Part shown: positions 26,235-38,110 of the stretch, in pieces
Layout: each line of letters opens with the position of its first letter
How positions within the stretch are numbered: position 1 is the first letter of the stretch
NCBI GenBank assembly: GCA_964016885.1
Contig: OZ024743.1
Span: 36,146,001-36,210,000 of the forward strand
Source of the DNA: Eledone cirrhosa
Lineage: Eukaryota
DNA: 64,000 nt
Direction: 5' to 3'
The notes under the pieces: generated by a model
Told to the model about the DNA's origin: nothing
Seen by the model: the letters and a program-made list of their open reading frames with translations, nothing else
The model's database searches: none
Program-made: the position numbers and the translations under genes

Positions 26235-28071
26235 ATGGCGGAAAAGATGGCAGACATGTCTGCCATTAGCTCTGCCACGCCCCCCAAGTCTGAAGAACAA
26301 AAAATAATTACAACAAAATTAGACATTGAAACAAACAAACAAAATGAAAAAACAAATGTTAAGGAAAATGAGCAAACAGAAAACAAACAAACAGAAAATA
26401 ATACAAATAACGACAGGGCAACTTTCGCCCAGAAAACAAAGCAATCCATTACATACACACCAATTGACCTAACTGCCGCCAGAGAAAAACTGGCCGAAGC
26501 AAAGAAACATATTGTTTTGGGAGAGAACGGAATGTTTTCCATTAACTCCCCCCCAGAATTCAAGAAAGCCAGAGAAGAAAACACAGTTATATACAGAACT
26601 ATACTAAACCAGTCAAGAAAGCCAGCACAGCCCAGCCAAATGGAAATAGAGTTAGTCCTAAAAGACTATATGAAGAATATTCTCTTCATACGAAAGGACC
26701 GACTCTATGGCAGCATTTCGGTCCTAACAAGAGACAAAGAAACGGCGGTTCAGCTTTCCCTAAGCCCACTCTCGTCGACAACATATAGCTTCTATCCCTC
26801 CTACATGGGTAGAAGAACACAGAGGGTAAAAGTAAAAACAATGCTGCCCACAATGGACTTCTGGTGGGCTATTGCTGGCTTCATTGATATGGGCGAAGAC
26901 ACTATGCTGTCAATGGGGAAGGCAACTGGAGATGCGTTCCTGGGAATGGGCCTCGACATACTAGTCCAAATGAGGCCCGAAAGAATAGCACAAATCCCGG
27001 ATCGCATCTGGCTGGATGACCTTACCCCAATAGACATAATTGTAGAGGGGAGAAGACCAGCATGCTATTTATGCATGGAAAGGGGACACGTTAAGGCTAA
27101 CTGCCCGAAACGTATCCCCCAAAAAGGACTATTGCCCACACCCACCACAAACAGTACACCAGCACCACCCACCTCCAAAAATACACTAATACCACACACA
27201 GCAAACAAAATACAGACACCACCAACCACAAACACAACACAAACATCACCACCACCAGCACCAAACACAAGCACGACACAAAAATCACCACCACCAACCA
27301 CAACACAAACATCACCACCACCATTACCAACCACAAGCACGACACAAACATTACCACCACCACCACCACAAAACCCATTCCAAACAAATAATAAAAAAAA
27401 ACAGTAACAAATCTACCCCTCCCGCAAAAAAAAAACAACCACACAACACGTCCCTCCCACCTAGCGCTGAAGAGTTTCCCCCAACTTCTGAAGAAGAAGG
27501 AGGAGAAGCCTTCAGACAAGTTAAAAGAAAAAAAAGAAAACACACACCCAGCACACCACAAATAACCCACACACAAACACCAACTCCAATCAAAAACACC
27601 CCACCCTCAATAAACAAAAATAAATCTGCGCCTCCCCTCTCCGAAACATTGACAGCATCACAAAAAAAGACGTTGCAATACACATATATAAATAAAGAAA
27701 ACAAAAAACTGGTTAAATTAATAAACAATAACCCTATGGTGCAGACCGAAGGGCCAAACTTTATCTCAACAGAGAACTTCACCCATTTAAAAATGATAAA
27801 GGTCCCTCTGGACCTTTATCGTTCCTTAAAAGAACAATTTAGACGGGACGTGAGCCCCCCCTGTTTAAAACCGTTGAATCGCGTCCTCTTGAAAGATTTC
27901 CCCATAACCGCCCCTCTCCCTGACACAACTCCAAATACCCCAACCCCACCACACACGTGTACCCCCACACCACCACAAAACATCCCTCCACCCAACACAC
28001 CTGATGCCATGGAAATTACGCAACCCGGAGAGGTAAGTGCTTTTCTTTCTTCACTTTCAACACCAAAATAG
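26235..28071 (+). CDS. ORF1 gag-like nucleic-acid-binding protein with CCHC zinc knuckle; one frameshift at or before ~27400
   Basis: EGRRPACYLCMERGHVKANCP (CX2CX4HX4C) and a Pro/Thr-rich linker. The second frame continues EEFP..FRQVKRKKRK.. to TAG at 28071. Confidence 0.8.
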
Positions 28072-28076
28072 ATCAA

Positions 28077-31000
28077 TTGAGAGTTGGCTGTTTGAACGCG
28101 CGTGGCCTGAGCTCAGCTTGGAAGCAAGCAAAGCTTCTAAGTGACCTCAGGTCACAAAGTATAGATGTGATGGTTGTTTGCGAGAGTCGGATCAGCAGCG
28201 TGAGACAGCTGGCGCCCGCCTTCGATGACTTTGAGATGCACGCATCTCTCTGTCAACCCGGAGGCGGGGGGGGAGTTGCCGTACTGCTGGATAAACGTCT
28301 AACTCTCGACGTACAGATTGTTCACTCGGACCCGGGGGGTCGATTACTGGTGCTGGACGTCGGAGGTGGTGAAGGCGGGGCTTTCAGACTGGTCGGTCTT
28401 TATGCTCCCTTCGGGGCGGAGAGAGCCGACTTCTTCCAACGTCTGGAGACTTTTCTAGGAACGTCGCGTTCCCTGCTTTTAGTGGGGGACTGGAATGGAA
28501 TCCTAGATGCGCGTTGGGACTATGCAGGGGCATGTCCCGATAGAGGGGGTTGTAGCAGCCTCAAGGGGTTACTCGATCGATTCGACCTGGTCGATAGATT
28601 TCGACTAGATTGTCCAACTGCGCCAACCTGGACCTGGGCAAACCGCAGTGGACAATCTAGATCGTACCTAGATAGGTTTTTGGTTAGGAGTAAGGATAGG
28701 GACGTATTTAGTTGTCCAGAACTGATCATGGTTGGCTATTCAGATCACAAATTAGTGACCTGCGTGGTCAACCTTGATAGAACGCATAGACAGGGTCCCG
28801 GTTACTGGAAGATGAACTTGTCCTTACCGACAAAGAAAGATTACAGAAACCGGATTAGTAGCTTAGTTAAGATGCGGTTGACGGGAGCGATCGTCAACAG
28901 TAGGTGGTGGATATCTCTAAAGAGAGAGATTAGAGTAAGTTCGATAGGTTACAGTAAGGAACTAGCGGCGAATAGAAATAGGAGGGAAAGGGAGTTAACA
29001 GATAAACTAGAAGAGGCGATTAGGAGCGGAGACGTAGCCAGAGTGTTAGCGACGAGAACGGCATTGAGCCAGTTCTTTGACACGAAGCACGAAGGCTGCG
29101 TTGTCCGAAGTAAAATACGTGCTTTAGGAAACGAGGGGACCAAAGCTGTTAGCTGGGCCCGCGTGACAGAAGCCAAGAGTGGGATTAAATCCACCATTCG
29201 GTCTTTGCGAGACCAGGATGGACGGGTGATCCTTGAACCTGAGCGAATGTGCGAGACCTTTCAAAGGCACTTTGCTCGACTGTTCGGAGGTGGCGGGGGG
29301 CCGGACGGGGATGTGGACTTCGGTCCATACCTCGACGGTCTACCGCGTCTTTCGAGCGGCGAAGCGGAGTGCTGCGAAGGGCCAATCACAGCCACTGAAA
29401 TCGGGGAAGCGCTCAGCCAATGCAGCAGACGCAAATCCCCGGGTCTCGATGGTCTACCATACGAACTTTATTTAGCTATGCCGGTCTTGTTCTCCGAACT
29501 CCTCGAGGCTGTCTATTGCAACTGGCAACAGAACGGGAGAATTCCCTGTTCTGTGACCAAGGGCGTGGTCACGCTAGTGAGGAAGGACGAGAGCAAGGGG
29601 GACGACTTAAGTAACTTTAGGCCCATAACTCTGCTGAATGCAGAGTTACAGATTTTGGCCAAGGTGTTGGCGAAGAGGTTGGCGCTTGTGGTGGGTGGTT
29701 TGGTGGGAGACGCGCAGACATGCGCTATCCCGTCCAGGTCCATTCACGACAACCTCCACCTCATGCGATACATCATAGAGAGGGTTGGCTACGAACCCGG
29801 CTTTGGTGGGGCCCTGATCAACTTGGATCAATCTAAGGCGTTCGATAGGGTCGACCATGGTTACCTGGATGCGGTGCTAGCGGCGGCGGGCTTCGGACCC
29901 GTTTTCAGGGGCTGGATTTCTGCCATGCACAGTGGCAACATCTACTCTAGGATTAAAGTAAACGGCTACCTCTCGGAGCCGTTTCAAATCACCCGATCCA
30001 TCAGACAGGGGTGCCCCCTCTCCTCCCTTCTGTACGTATTGACTCTCGAGCCACTGCTGCGGAAGTTGGAGTTGCTGCGGGGCATACCCCTGAAACCGGG
30101 ATTGCACAAAGCGGTCTCGGCCTATGCCGACGACGTAACAGTAATGGTGGCGGACGCCTCGGAAATCGGGGCGATCGCCACCCTACTGGAGGAATACGAA
30201 AGGCTGACGGGGGCTAAGCTGAACCAGGACAAGTCAGTCGGTTTGCAACTCGGAACGTGGAGGGGCAAACCGATGCCGTTAGACGGTGTCGTCGGGCGGT
30301 GGACGGAGGGCCCGGTGAAGCTGCTCGGGGTCTGGTTCGGACCGGACCTCCAGGTGGAGAAGAATTGGGGCGAGGTGACGAGCAGGGTGTTTGCGCTGAC
30401 CCAGAAGTGGGCCAAGTGCAAACTATCACTGAAAGGTCGGGCGGAGGTGACGAACGCTTACATAGCGTCCGTCATCTACTACCGCCTGACCGTCGTGCCT
30501 TGCCCCAAGGAAAAGCTCACCATCATGGAACGCATGCTCTTCCAGTTCCTCTGGAAGAAGCGGCCTCCCATGGTGAGGAGATCCATCTGCTGCCAGCACC
30601 CTTCGAAAGGAGGGCTGGGTATGCCGTGGCTGTTAATGCGTAGGCACGCATTGAGGCTACGGCATCTACAGGTATTCCTCAACGGTCAGCCGGTGTGGGC
30701 CCCGTTTGTGAGGCGAGCCTTCCCACAGCTCGTCTCGCTCACCGAACTGCAATCCTGGGTGAAGCAAAGACCGAGAAAACTGGGCAACTGGCACACTGAG
30801 TGTGCCCAGGCGCTCACGGCTATCTGGCAAGCGGACCCGACTGTCAGTGGAGAATCCACCTCAACATTCTATAGAGGGTTGGTGGCTAGCAGGGGCGACG
30901 ACACCCTTGGAGAGTCGCTAGGCATGGAGGAGGACGAACTGGCCAGCCTGTTCGGTAGAACTTTCGGCCCGGGACCCATGGACAACTTCCAGAGGTCCCT

Positions 31001-31505
31001 AGCCTGGCAGTGTTACCGGGGGGCTCTGCCCGTTCGAGAAAAGCTCTACAGACACGGGCGCCCGGGCAGGGATCCCGCGAAAAAGATCTGTCCCAGATGC
31101 GTGCGCGACGAGGAAACCGTTGCGCATGCACTGGTACACTGCCCGGGCGTTGCCGATCTGTGGGGCTACGTCGAACGACTGCTGTCGCGTGTGGCGCCGA
31201 CTCGATTAACCGCCGAGTCTGTGGTGAACATCAAGCCGCCTCCTCCCTTCAGAAATGAAGCAGAGGCGGTCTTTCTGTGCGTAATAGCCATGATGAAAGA
31301 GGTTGTGTGGTGGACGCGCCTGAAAGGTCTGAGGTCGGGTGACTTTCTCTCCGGCCATCACCTGGTTTACTTCTTCCGATACCACTTCGGAAGAAGAATC
31401 AGGATGGAGAGAGAAGTGCTTGGTCCCAGACAGTTTTATGAAAGGTGGGTGAAAGAAGCGAGAATGGCCCGTGTAAATGGGCCTTCTCTCTACATTGTTC
31501 TGTAG
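28077..31505 (+). CDS. ORF2: APE endonuclease + reverse transcriptase + C-terminal zinc-binding motif (1142 aa)
   Basis: LNARGL, GDWN, YLDRF, SDH (APE); KSPGLDG, FRPITLLN, DQSKAFDRVDH, RQGCPLS, YADD (RT); CPRC..ETVAHALVHC. Confidence 0.95.
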   Translation: MRVGCLNARGLSSAWKQAKLLSDLRSQSIDVMVVCESRISSVRQLAPAFDDFEMHASLCQPGGGGGVAVLLDKRLTLDVQIVHSDPGGRLLVLDVGGGEGGAFRLVGLYAPFGAERADFFQRLETFLGTSRSLLLVGDWNGILDARWDYAGACPDRGGCSSLKGLLDRFDLVDRFRLDCPTAPTWTWANRSGQSRSYLDRFLVRSKDRDVFSCPELIMVGYSDHKLVTCVVNLDRTHRQGPGYWKMNLSLPTKKDYRNRISSLVKMRLTGAIVNSRWWISLKREIRVSSIGYSKELAANRNRRERELTDKLEEAIRSGDVARVLATRTALSQFFDTKHEGCVVRSKIRALGNEGTKAVSWARVTEAKSGIKSTIRSLRDQDGRVILEPERMCETFQRHFARLFGGGGGPDGDVDFGPYLDGLPRLSSGEAECCEGPITATEIGEALSQCSRRKSPGLDGLPYELYLAMPVLFSELLEAVYCNWQQNGRIPCSVTKGVVTLVRKDESKGDDLSNFRPITLLNAELQILAKVLAKRLALVVGGLVGDAQTCAIPSRSIHDNLHLMRYIIERVGYEPGFGGALINLDQSKAFDRVDHGYLDAVLAAAGFGPVFRGWISAMHSGNIYSRIKVNGYLSEPFQITRSIRQGCPLSSLLYVLTLEPLLRKLELLRGIPLKPGLHKAVSAYADDVTVMVADASEIGAIATLLEEYERLTGAKLNQDKSVGLQLGTWRGKPMPLDGVVGRWTEGPVKLLGVWFGPDLQVEKNWGEVTSRVFALTQKWAKCKLSLKGRAEVTNAYIASVIYYRLTVVPCPKEKLTIMERMLFQFLWKKRPPMVRRSICCQHPSKGGLGMPWLLMRRHALRLRHLQVFLNGQPVWAPFVRRAFPQLVSLTELQSWVKQRPRKLGNWHTECAQALTAIWQADPTVSGESTSTFYRGLVASRGDDTLGESLGMEEDELASLFGRTFGPGPMDNFQRSLAWQCYRGALPVREKLYRHGRPGRDPAKKICPRCVRDEETVAHALVHCPGVADLWGYVERLLSRVAPTRLTAESVVNIKPPPPFRNEAEAVFLCVIAMMKEVVWWTRLKGLRSGDFLSGHHLVYFFRYHFGRRIRMEREVLGPRQFYERWVKEARMARVNGPSLYIVL

Positions 31506-32230
31506 GTGAAGAAGTGAAGAGGAAAGGGGGAGCGCCTCCTCTCTGGGCTTCCCCCGCGAAAAGAGTTGCACACTTTTCGGGGGTATGTGCAATCCCCAAC
31601 ACGCCCCCTCCCTTTTGAGGACTTTTTATTGTTATATTATTATTGTTATTCCTTTTTTCTTTACTCGATTTATGTAAACTCCCCCACTGTGTAAATGTCC
31701 CCTTCTTTTGTGCCCTCGTGGCAAATAAATAGAAATTTATCTATCTATCTAACTATCTATCTGACTATTTATCCTAATCTATCATAGATCTCAATATCCC
31801 ACTATCACTTACAGTCAGTAAAATATCCTCTCTCCAAATATTGCCCACTCTATCTCTTCCCTCCCTCCTCTCTGCCTCCCCCTCTCTCTGTCTCCTCCCT
31901 CCCTCCTCTCTGTCTCATTCCTCACCCTTCTCTCTCATTTCCTTTACATCTAACGTCCACATTTTTAGAATCAAGTTATATCTTACTGTAGCCTTTCAAT
32001 ACGTTATATAATCCCACCAACACACACATAAAGACATGCAGTCACACAAAGAAACGTTGGCCTACATCCATTAGCGCCCGCTTCATTAATTATAAAAGAG
32101 ATACAGCCAATACATGTAAACATATATGAATATTAATAGACACACGCATGCACACACTCACACACAGACACACACACACGGCCGCGCCCACCCCCGCATA
32201 TACATATGTATGTATATATATATATATATG

Positions 32231-32295
<65 letters not shown>

Positions 32296-32305
32296 GCGCG
32301 CGTGT

Positions 32306-32368
<63 letters not shown>

Positions 32369-32736
32369 TGTGCGTGTATATATATATGTATATCAATGAT
32401 AAACATAGTTTCTCTCTCTCACGCATATATATATTTATAGATTATATATATCAGCATTTATATGTATACATGCATACACACATATACACACATACACACA
32501 CACACACATATATATATGTATGTGTATGTATGTATATACACACAATGCCGGAACGAAGGAGGGACACAGATAAACTAAATAGTCCTTGAGAAGGTCACAG
32601 AATGAGCGACGAAAATACTTTGACATCATCTAGTTATTGAATCAACCCATGGCTGGATTACTTACTTAATAATAAAACCAACTGGTGCTTCTCTCTTTAT
32701 TAACAACACACACATATTATATATATAGCCATTGCA

Positions 32737-32916
32737 TTGGCAGTATCGGTAGAAGGTCGGACGCCATGCTTTGCAGCATAGAGTTACGGCCCTTTACAGT
32801 CTGAGTTCAATTCCTGCTGAGGTCAACTTTGCCTTTCATCCTTACGGGGTTGATAAAATAAAGTACCAGTAATGCACTGGGTATTTACTGGCCTTGTGCC
32901 AAATGTAGAAACAATT
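32737..32916 (+). mobile_element. Meta/MESC-type SINE
   Basis: A/B boxes, core and tail. Confidence 0.85.
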
Positions 32917-32922
32917 ATATAT

Positions 32923-32959
<37 letters not shown>

Positions 32960-32969
<10 letters not shown>

Positions 32970-33335
32970 TAAAAGGAATTCCAACTTTGTCTGATTTACT
33001 CGTTTTATTTAAAATCCTTTAAAATTATAATGTATTATAATGAAATAGTATGGTAGAATATTAAATGTTAAATGTTAATTGAACAAGTACTTTCATGCTT
33101 TCGCAATCTTCAGGTTCATATTCTGTGGTGACAGTCAAGTTTGCAATTTTCCTGAAGAATGCGAAAGCATGAAAGTACTTGTTCAATTAACACTTAACAT
33201 TTAATATTCTACCATACTATTTCATTATAATACCATTATAAAGGATTTTAAATAAAACGAGTAAATCAGACAAAGTTGGAATTCCTTTTATTAATATAAT
33301 CTTCTATACACAATCATACACACCCGTGTATATTT
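32960..33335 (+). mobile_element. Fold-back hammerhead element (arms of ~150 bp) in (TA)n
   Basis: 32960-33114 is an inverted copy of 33151-33297, with a hammerhead at the inner end of each arm. Confidence 0.85.
33080..33118 (-). ncRNA. Minimal hammerhead ribozyme (core also on + strand at 33152-33185)
   Basis: UGAAC CUGAAGA UUGC-GAAA-GCAU GAAA GUAC UU GUUCA; perfect 5-bp stem I and palindromic AAGUACUU in stem III. Confidence 0.85.
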
Positions 33336-33357
33336 ATTTATATATATATATATATAT

Positions 33358-33560
33358 AGGAACGAGTAGGACCCCGACGGCTGAGCTCAAGCCGTTTCGA
33401 CGGCTAATTCTGGACTAAATTAGTCCAGAATTAGCCGTCGAAACGGCTTGAGCTCAGCCGACGGGGTCCTACTCGTTTCTATTACCCACTCTACTACCCT
33501 AAGTATTGAGTACTTTGGTGCGTTATGTTCCACCTGGTTCCTTACCACATTTCCTTCGTT
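33358..33560 (+). mobile_element. Fold-back pLTR element, family B
   Basis: Hairpin 33358-33481 plus the shared tail. Confidence 0.75.
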
Positions 33561-33813
33561 ATATATATATATATATACATATGTGTATGTATGTATACAT
33601 GTATGTATGTGTGAATGCCACCAGGCCGACAGGGACAAGCGACCATATTCACTCGGTATACTCACACACATGTTATGGTCAAGACACACACAAAATCTAA
33701 AACAATTATGAATGCAACTCTAGCTGATGCATAAAAGTGATTTTGTATTATAAAATGTATGTAAGGACAATAACCAGCTATGAGTTTCTGTACAATGCCA
33801 CTGTTGTGAACAG

Positions 33814-33921
<108 letters not shown>

Positions 33922-33976
33922 TATATATATATATATAAACATATATATATATATAAGTATATATATATATATAAAC

Positions 33977-34011
<35 letters not shown>

Positions 34012-34038
34012 TATATAAACATATATATATATAAATAA

Positions 34039-34072
<34 letters not shown>

Positions 34073-34395
34073 ATATAGGATAACAAGGTATCGTTTAAGG
34101 TAATCCAGCTAGAGGCTGTGAGTACTCTGTGTCGAGGTTAGTTCACCTTTTGTACAGCCGACCATGTTATTCTTCAATGTTTTACTATATATATGTGTGT
34201 GTGTGTGTGTTCATATATATATATATATTGGCTATGGTGGCTATGGATTCTTAACCATCGTCTCAGCGTGTATAACCATTTTAACTTATGTTTATAGCTC
34301 TGCTATCCTCTTCATATGCATGGAGCGCTTGTCTGCACATTATTGAAGTTGCGTTTCGCTAATTTCTACCCGCCGAAATGCGGTTCTCGCTAAAT

Positions 34396-34504
<109 letters not shown>

Positions 34505-35542
34505 TGGTAAAAGGAAAAGAAAATGCTGACAAATTGTTCCCAGTGAAAAATAGTTTAATTAGGAATAAGTAAAAATTAGTAATAGTAGTGGTTAGTATTC
34601 AGTTTTGGTTTTAAGTTTTACCGGTTGCGCATTTCTAATGCTTTTCAAAAATAATTTTGAGATAGAGCGCCCGTGATGTTTGCTCTCATCTGATTAGTTT
34701 TGGAAATTCTACCTGTTTTCTGTAATGATGTATGAAAAAATTCTATATATACACGCGGACATATTCGTAATCGAAATGACATATTCGAAATTCATATAGA
34801 ACTACATTGAATTACATTACCCTTATATATTGGTTTCTGATTTAGGCACAAGGCAATCATTTTTGGGTGAGGGGAGAGTCGATTAAATCGACGCCAGTGG
34901 GTTACTGGAACTTTATTTTATCCACCCCATGAGGATGAAACACAAGGCTGATCTCGCTGGTATATGAACTCAGAACCTAAAGAGTCGTAACTAAGGAATC
35001 TTCTCCCACACTCTACTGGCAGTGGAGACTTCTGGTGTCCTCGGCCCTAGGGCTACCTCCTTACTCACCACCATAGGCGCTGAGCAGGCCAGCGGCAGGT
35101 GCGAACCCCCCGAGTTGGAGTGGCTTTTCCAGCGCGTCTCCCTTGCCGTCCTCCGTGGGAACGCCTTCTCCATCCTGTCCGCCGGGGCTGTGTGTGTGTG
35201 GGGGGGGGGGGGGGGGGGGGAGATCGCGTAACATTCCATATTTAGGTATCCAGATTAATTGTTTTTAATTAGTAAGGTAACCACCTAGTGCTACATTTAT
35301 CAAGGAGACACACTATTCTGTCAATGATTGGTGCAAAGACACATTTCGGTGAGAAGTGGGCTATACAGCTGCTTCCAGTTGCTCCACTGGCTCGATCTCA
35401 ATGCTGCTAGCCCGAGTTAGTGAGATACAGTGTTCACCTGGGCAAGGCTTGAATTCAGATCTCAGGAAGTAATTCATGTCCCAAGAAAAATATTGTGCTA
35501 CCGATTCTACCGAAGTCTCAATACTAATACTCGGATTAGTAT

Positions 35543-35577
<35 letters not shown>

Positions 35578-35614
35578 AACTAATAAAAAATATATACCCA
35601 TATACCTGTATGTA

Positions 35615-36103
35615 TGTATGTATGTTCTTCTGGTTTTATAATTTCACAAATGTTTGCCAATAGAGAGAGGGTCGGTTTTTAACATAGATACAAGACTCTC
35701 GCATTGGAATTTACACAACATCAATTAGGTAGATTATGTCTGCATGTCTGCATGCATGTGTAGATGTGGATGTTATTGCATGTGTAGATGTGGATGTTTT
35801 GAGTTGTATGTGTGCATGTGTAGATGTGGATGTTTTGAGTTGTATGTATGCTTTGTATCTGTACATGTATATAAGCAGTTATTAGATGCAAAATGTTTGG
35901 AATGTTTTACATATTTTTACTGTTCCACTAATGGATTGTACTTGTAATTTCCTAACTAGTTGTGTTCTTTCGGTTTCTGGGAAGCCCAGCTTCTCAAGAT
36001 TTGTATTGAGGCAGTTACTAACATATCCCAGTGCCCCAATAATCACAGGCATAAATCTGAAGATATAATGAAGGTGGAGTATCTGCAGATTTTTCATCAG
36101 TTC
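35615..36103 (-). mobile_element. R4/Dong/NeSL-type (RLE) retrotransposon 3' fragment in (CATA)n; 3' UTR relative at 56145-56325 (+)
   Basis: PVIIGALG...LEKLG...LQVQSISGTVKICKTF C-terminus; both junctions are (TATG)n. Confidence 0.7.
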
Positions 36104-36533
36104 TTATGTATGTATTTATGTATGTATGTATGTATGTATGTATGTATGTATGTATGTATGTATGTATGTATGTATGTATGTATGCGCGGGAACATGGAAA
36201 TACACAGTTTGATGTCAGAGCGCGCGGTTAGCCCACTGTGAGTGATAGATTTCTAGTTCTTGTTAAGATATCATTCTAGAAGAGGGAAAACTGTGATGTG
36301 AAACCTGCGACTCGGGAGCAACCAATGATGTTGACCTGTTCTTTTTTTTTTTAAATACCTGTCACCACTGTTCGGAGAGTGGGATCGATCTAGTGCATGA
36401 CCTTTCTTTCTAACAGAGGTATCATTTAATCTAAACCACTTTCATATATGTATGTTAGGGCCGAAATACTTGCTTGTGGCGGGTTCCTTTTCTGAAGAGT
36501 GTCCAACTCTCCTGGCAGTCTCTTAGCGCTATG

Positions 36534-36661
<128 letters not shown>

Positions 36662-36766
36662 ATATAATATATATATATATATATGTATGTGTATATATAT
36701 ATATCTGTTTTGTTTCCGTTCAATTTTTCACTATATATATATATATCAGTACTGTTGTGTTACTAC

Positions 36767-36794
<28 letters not shown>

Positions 36795-36802
<8 letters not shown>

Positions 36803-36997
36803 TTATTAAAATAACAGATTAAAGTATAAGCAAAGAATCGGTGCTTTCACCCTTAACGGTTAAGGGTAAAAGCAGTTCTTTGCTTAAACTTTAATCTGTT
36901 ATTTTAATAAATATTTGCTCTAGGGTTCTTATATATTTGATATATATTTATCCTTATCGAGCCCTCTTTGGATTTTAGTCTTCACATTTATTATTAT

Positions 36998-37000
<3 letters not shown>
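36795..37000 (+). mobile_element. Fold-back element in (TA)n
   Basis: TTATTAAAATAACAGATTAAAGT..ACCCTTAAC/GTTAAGGGT..ACTTTAATCTGTTATTTTAATAA hairpin plus tail. Confidence 0.65.
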
Positions 37001-37052
<52 letters not shown>

Positions 37053-37060
37053 TGTATGTT

Positions 37061-37092
<32 letters not shown>

Positions 37093-37715
37093 TATACATA
37101 TATACATACATACATACATACATACATACATACATACACACACACACAAAAAAAAACTACTTTATTCCTCAAAAAGCTAAAATTTCAATGAATTCGAGTG
37201 GAAATCTTTGTTTTGTTTGTGGAAAAAATCTTGACACGCTAATCCGTCTGTTCACACTTGTGGTTATTGCAGATGGCGAGTAGTTTTCCGGTTCTCAGCC
37301 ACATGTTTAAAATATGAGTAGTATAGGGAAAAGGCTAGAATTTTGTTTTTAAATATGGACTAGCAGAATCTTAACAGTGCCGAATAAAATGCTGTGCGGT
37401 ATTTCGGTACGGACTTTTACATTCTCAGTTCAATTCCTTTTGAGGTGAAGTTGGATTTTCCTCTTTCCACGGTCGATAAAAAAAAAACCCATTCAAGTAT
37501 TGGAGTCGATATAATCGACTTGCTCTTCCCAAAATTGCTGGCCTTGTTCGCAAGTAATCACCATTCTAATTTCTAGTGCTGGGTGCATATTCGATTCGAT
37601 CTACTCTAGTAGTGCTCCTCTATAATATCGTCTATAACCATCTCCACAAATTTATGGTGCGATTCCTAACTTAGGAACCATGCCGCACATTATAGAGTGG
37701 GTGTTAACCTTTTTA

Positions 37716-38110
37716 TTAACCCTTATGATTCTAAACTGTCTGAAATCGCCCCTGATTCTGCGATACAAAGCTAATTATTTTAAAATGTTTATATTTATCT
37801 CAAACATTCTATCATAATTTTATTTAAGAACCTTTGTTAAGTTATGTTACAAATATCATCTTAATAATAAGAAATTCTTGATTATTATTATCATTACTTT
37901 TTTGGGCATCTATTTAAAAAAAATGCCCCTGATTCTATGATACAAAAGTGTTAATATCTATTTTTTTTAATTCCATTAGAAATTAGTATGAGAAACTACA
38001 CCAGCTTAATAATGAACAAATTAGTTAAAATACCTCAATCAATCTAATTTCTTGATTATTTTCAAAATCATTTTAAAACCAGGAAATATGGTTAAACAAA
38101 TAAAGGTTAC
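37716..38110. mobile_element. Degenerate MITE-like repeat, possibly piggyBac-type (relatives ~13300, ~48790-48920, ~51000-51160)
   Basis: TTAACCCTT start; shared CTGAAA(C/T)CGCCCCTG(G/A)TTCT and AATATGGTAACAAAAGGG motifs. Confidence 0.35.

Larger units (their letters stand above)
26033..31737 (+). mobile_element. Full-length Tx1/L1-clade non-LTR retrotransposon in (TCTA)n
   Basis: 5' UTR, ORF1, ORF2 and 3' UTR present; flanked by direct repeat TATCTATCTATCTAACTATCT (26012-26032 and 31738-31758). Confidence 0.92.

Noticed and set aside
28520-31602. Short overlapping ORFs within Tx1 ORF2
   Set aside because: Expected alternative-frame ORFs in GC-rich coding DNA
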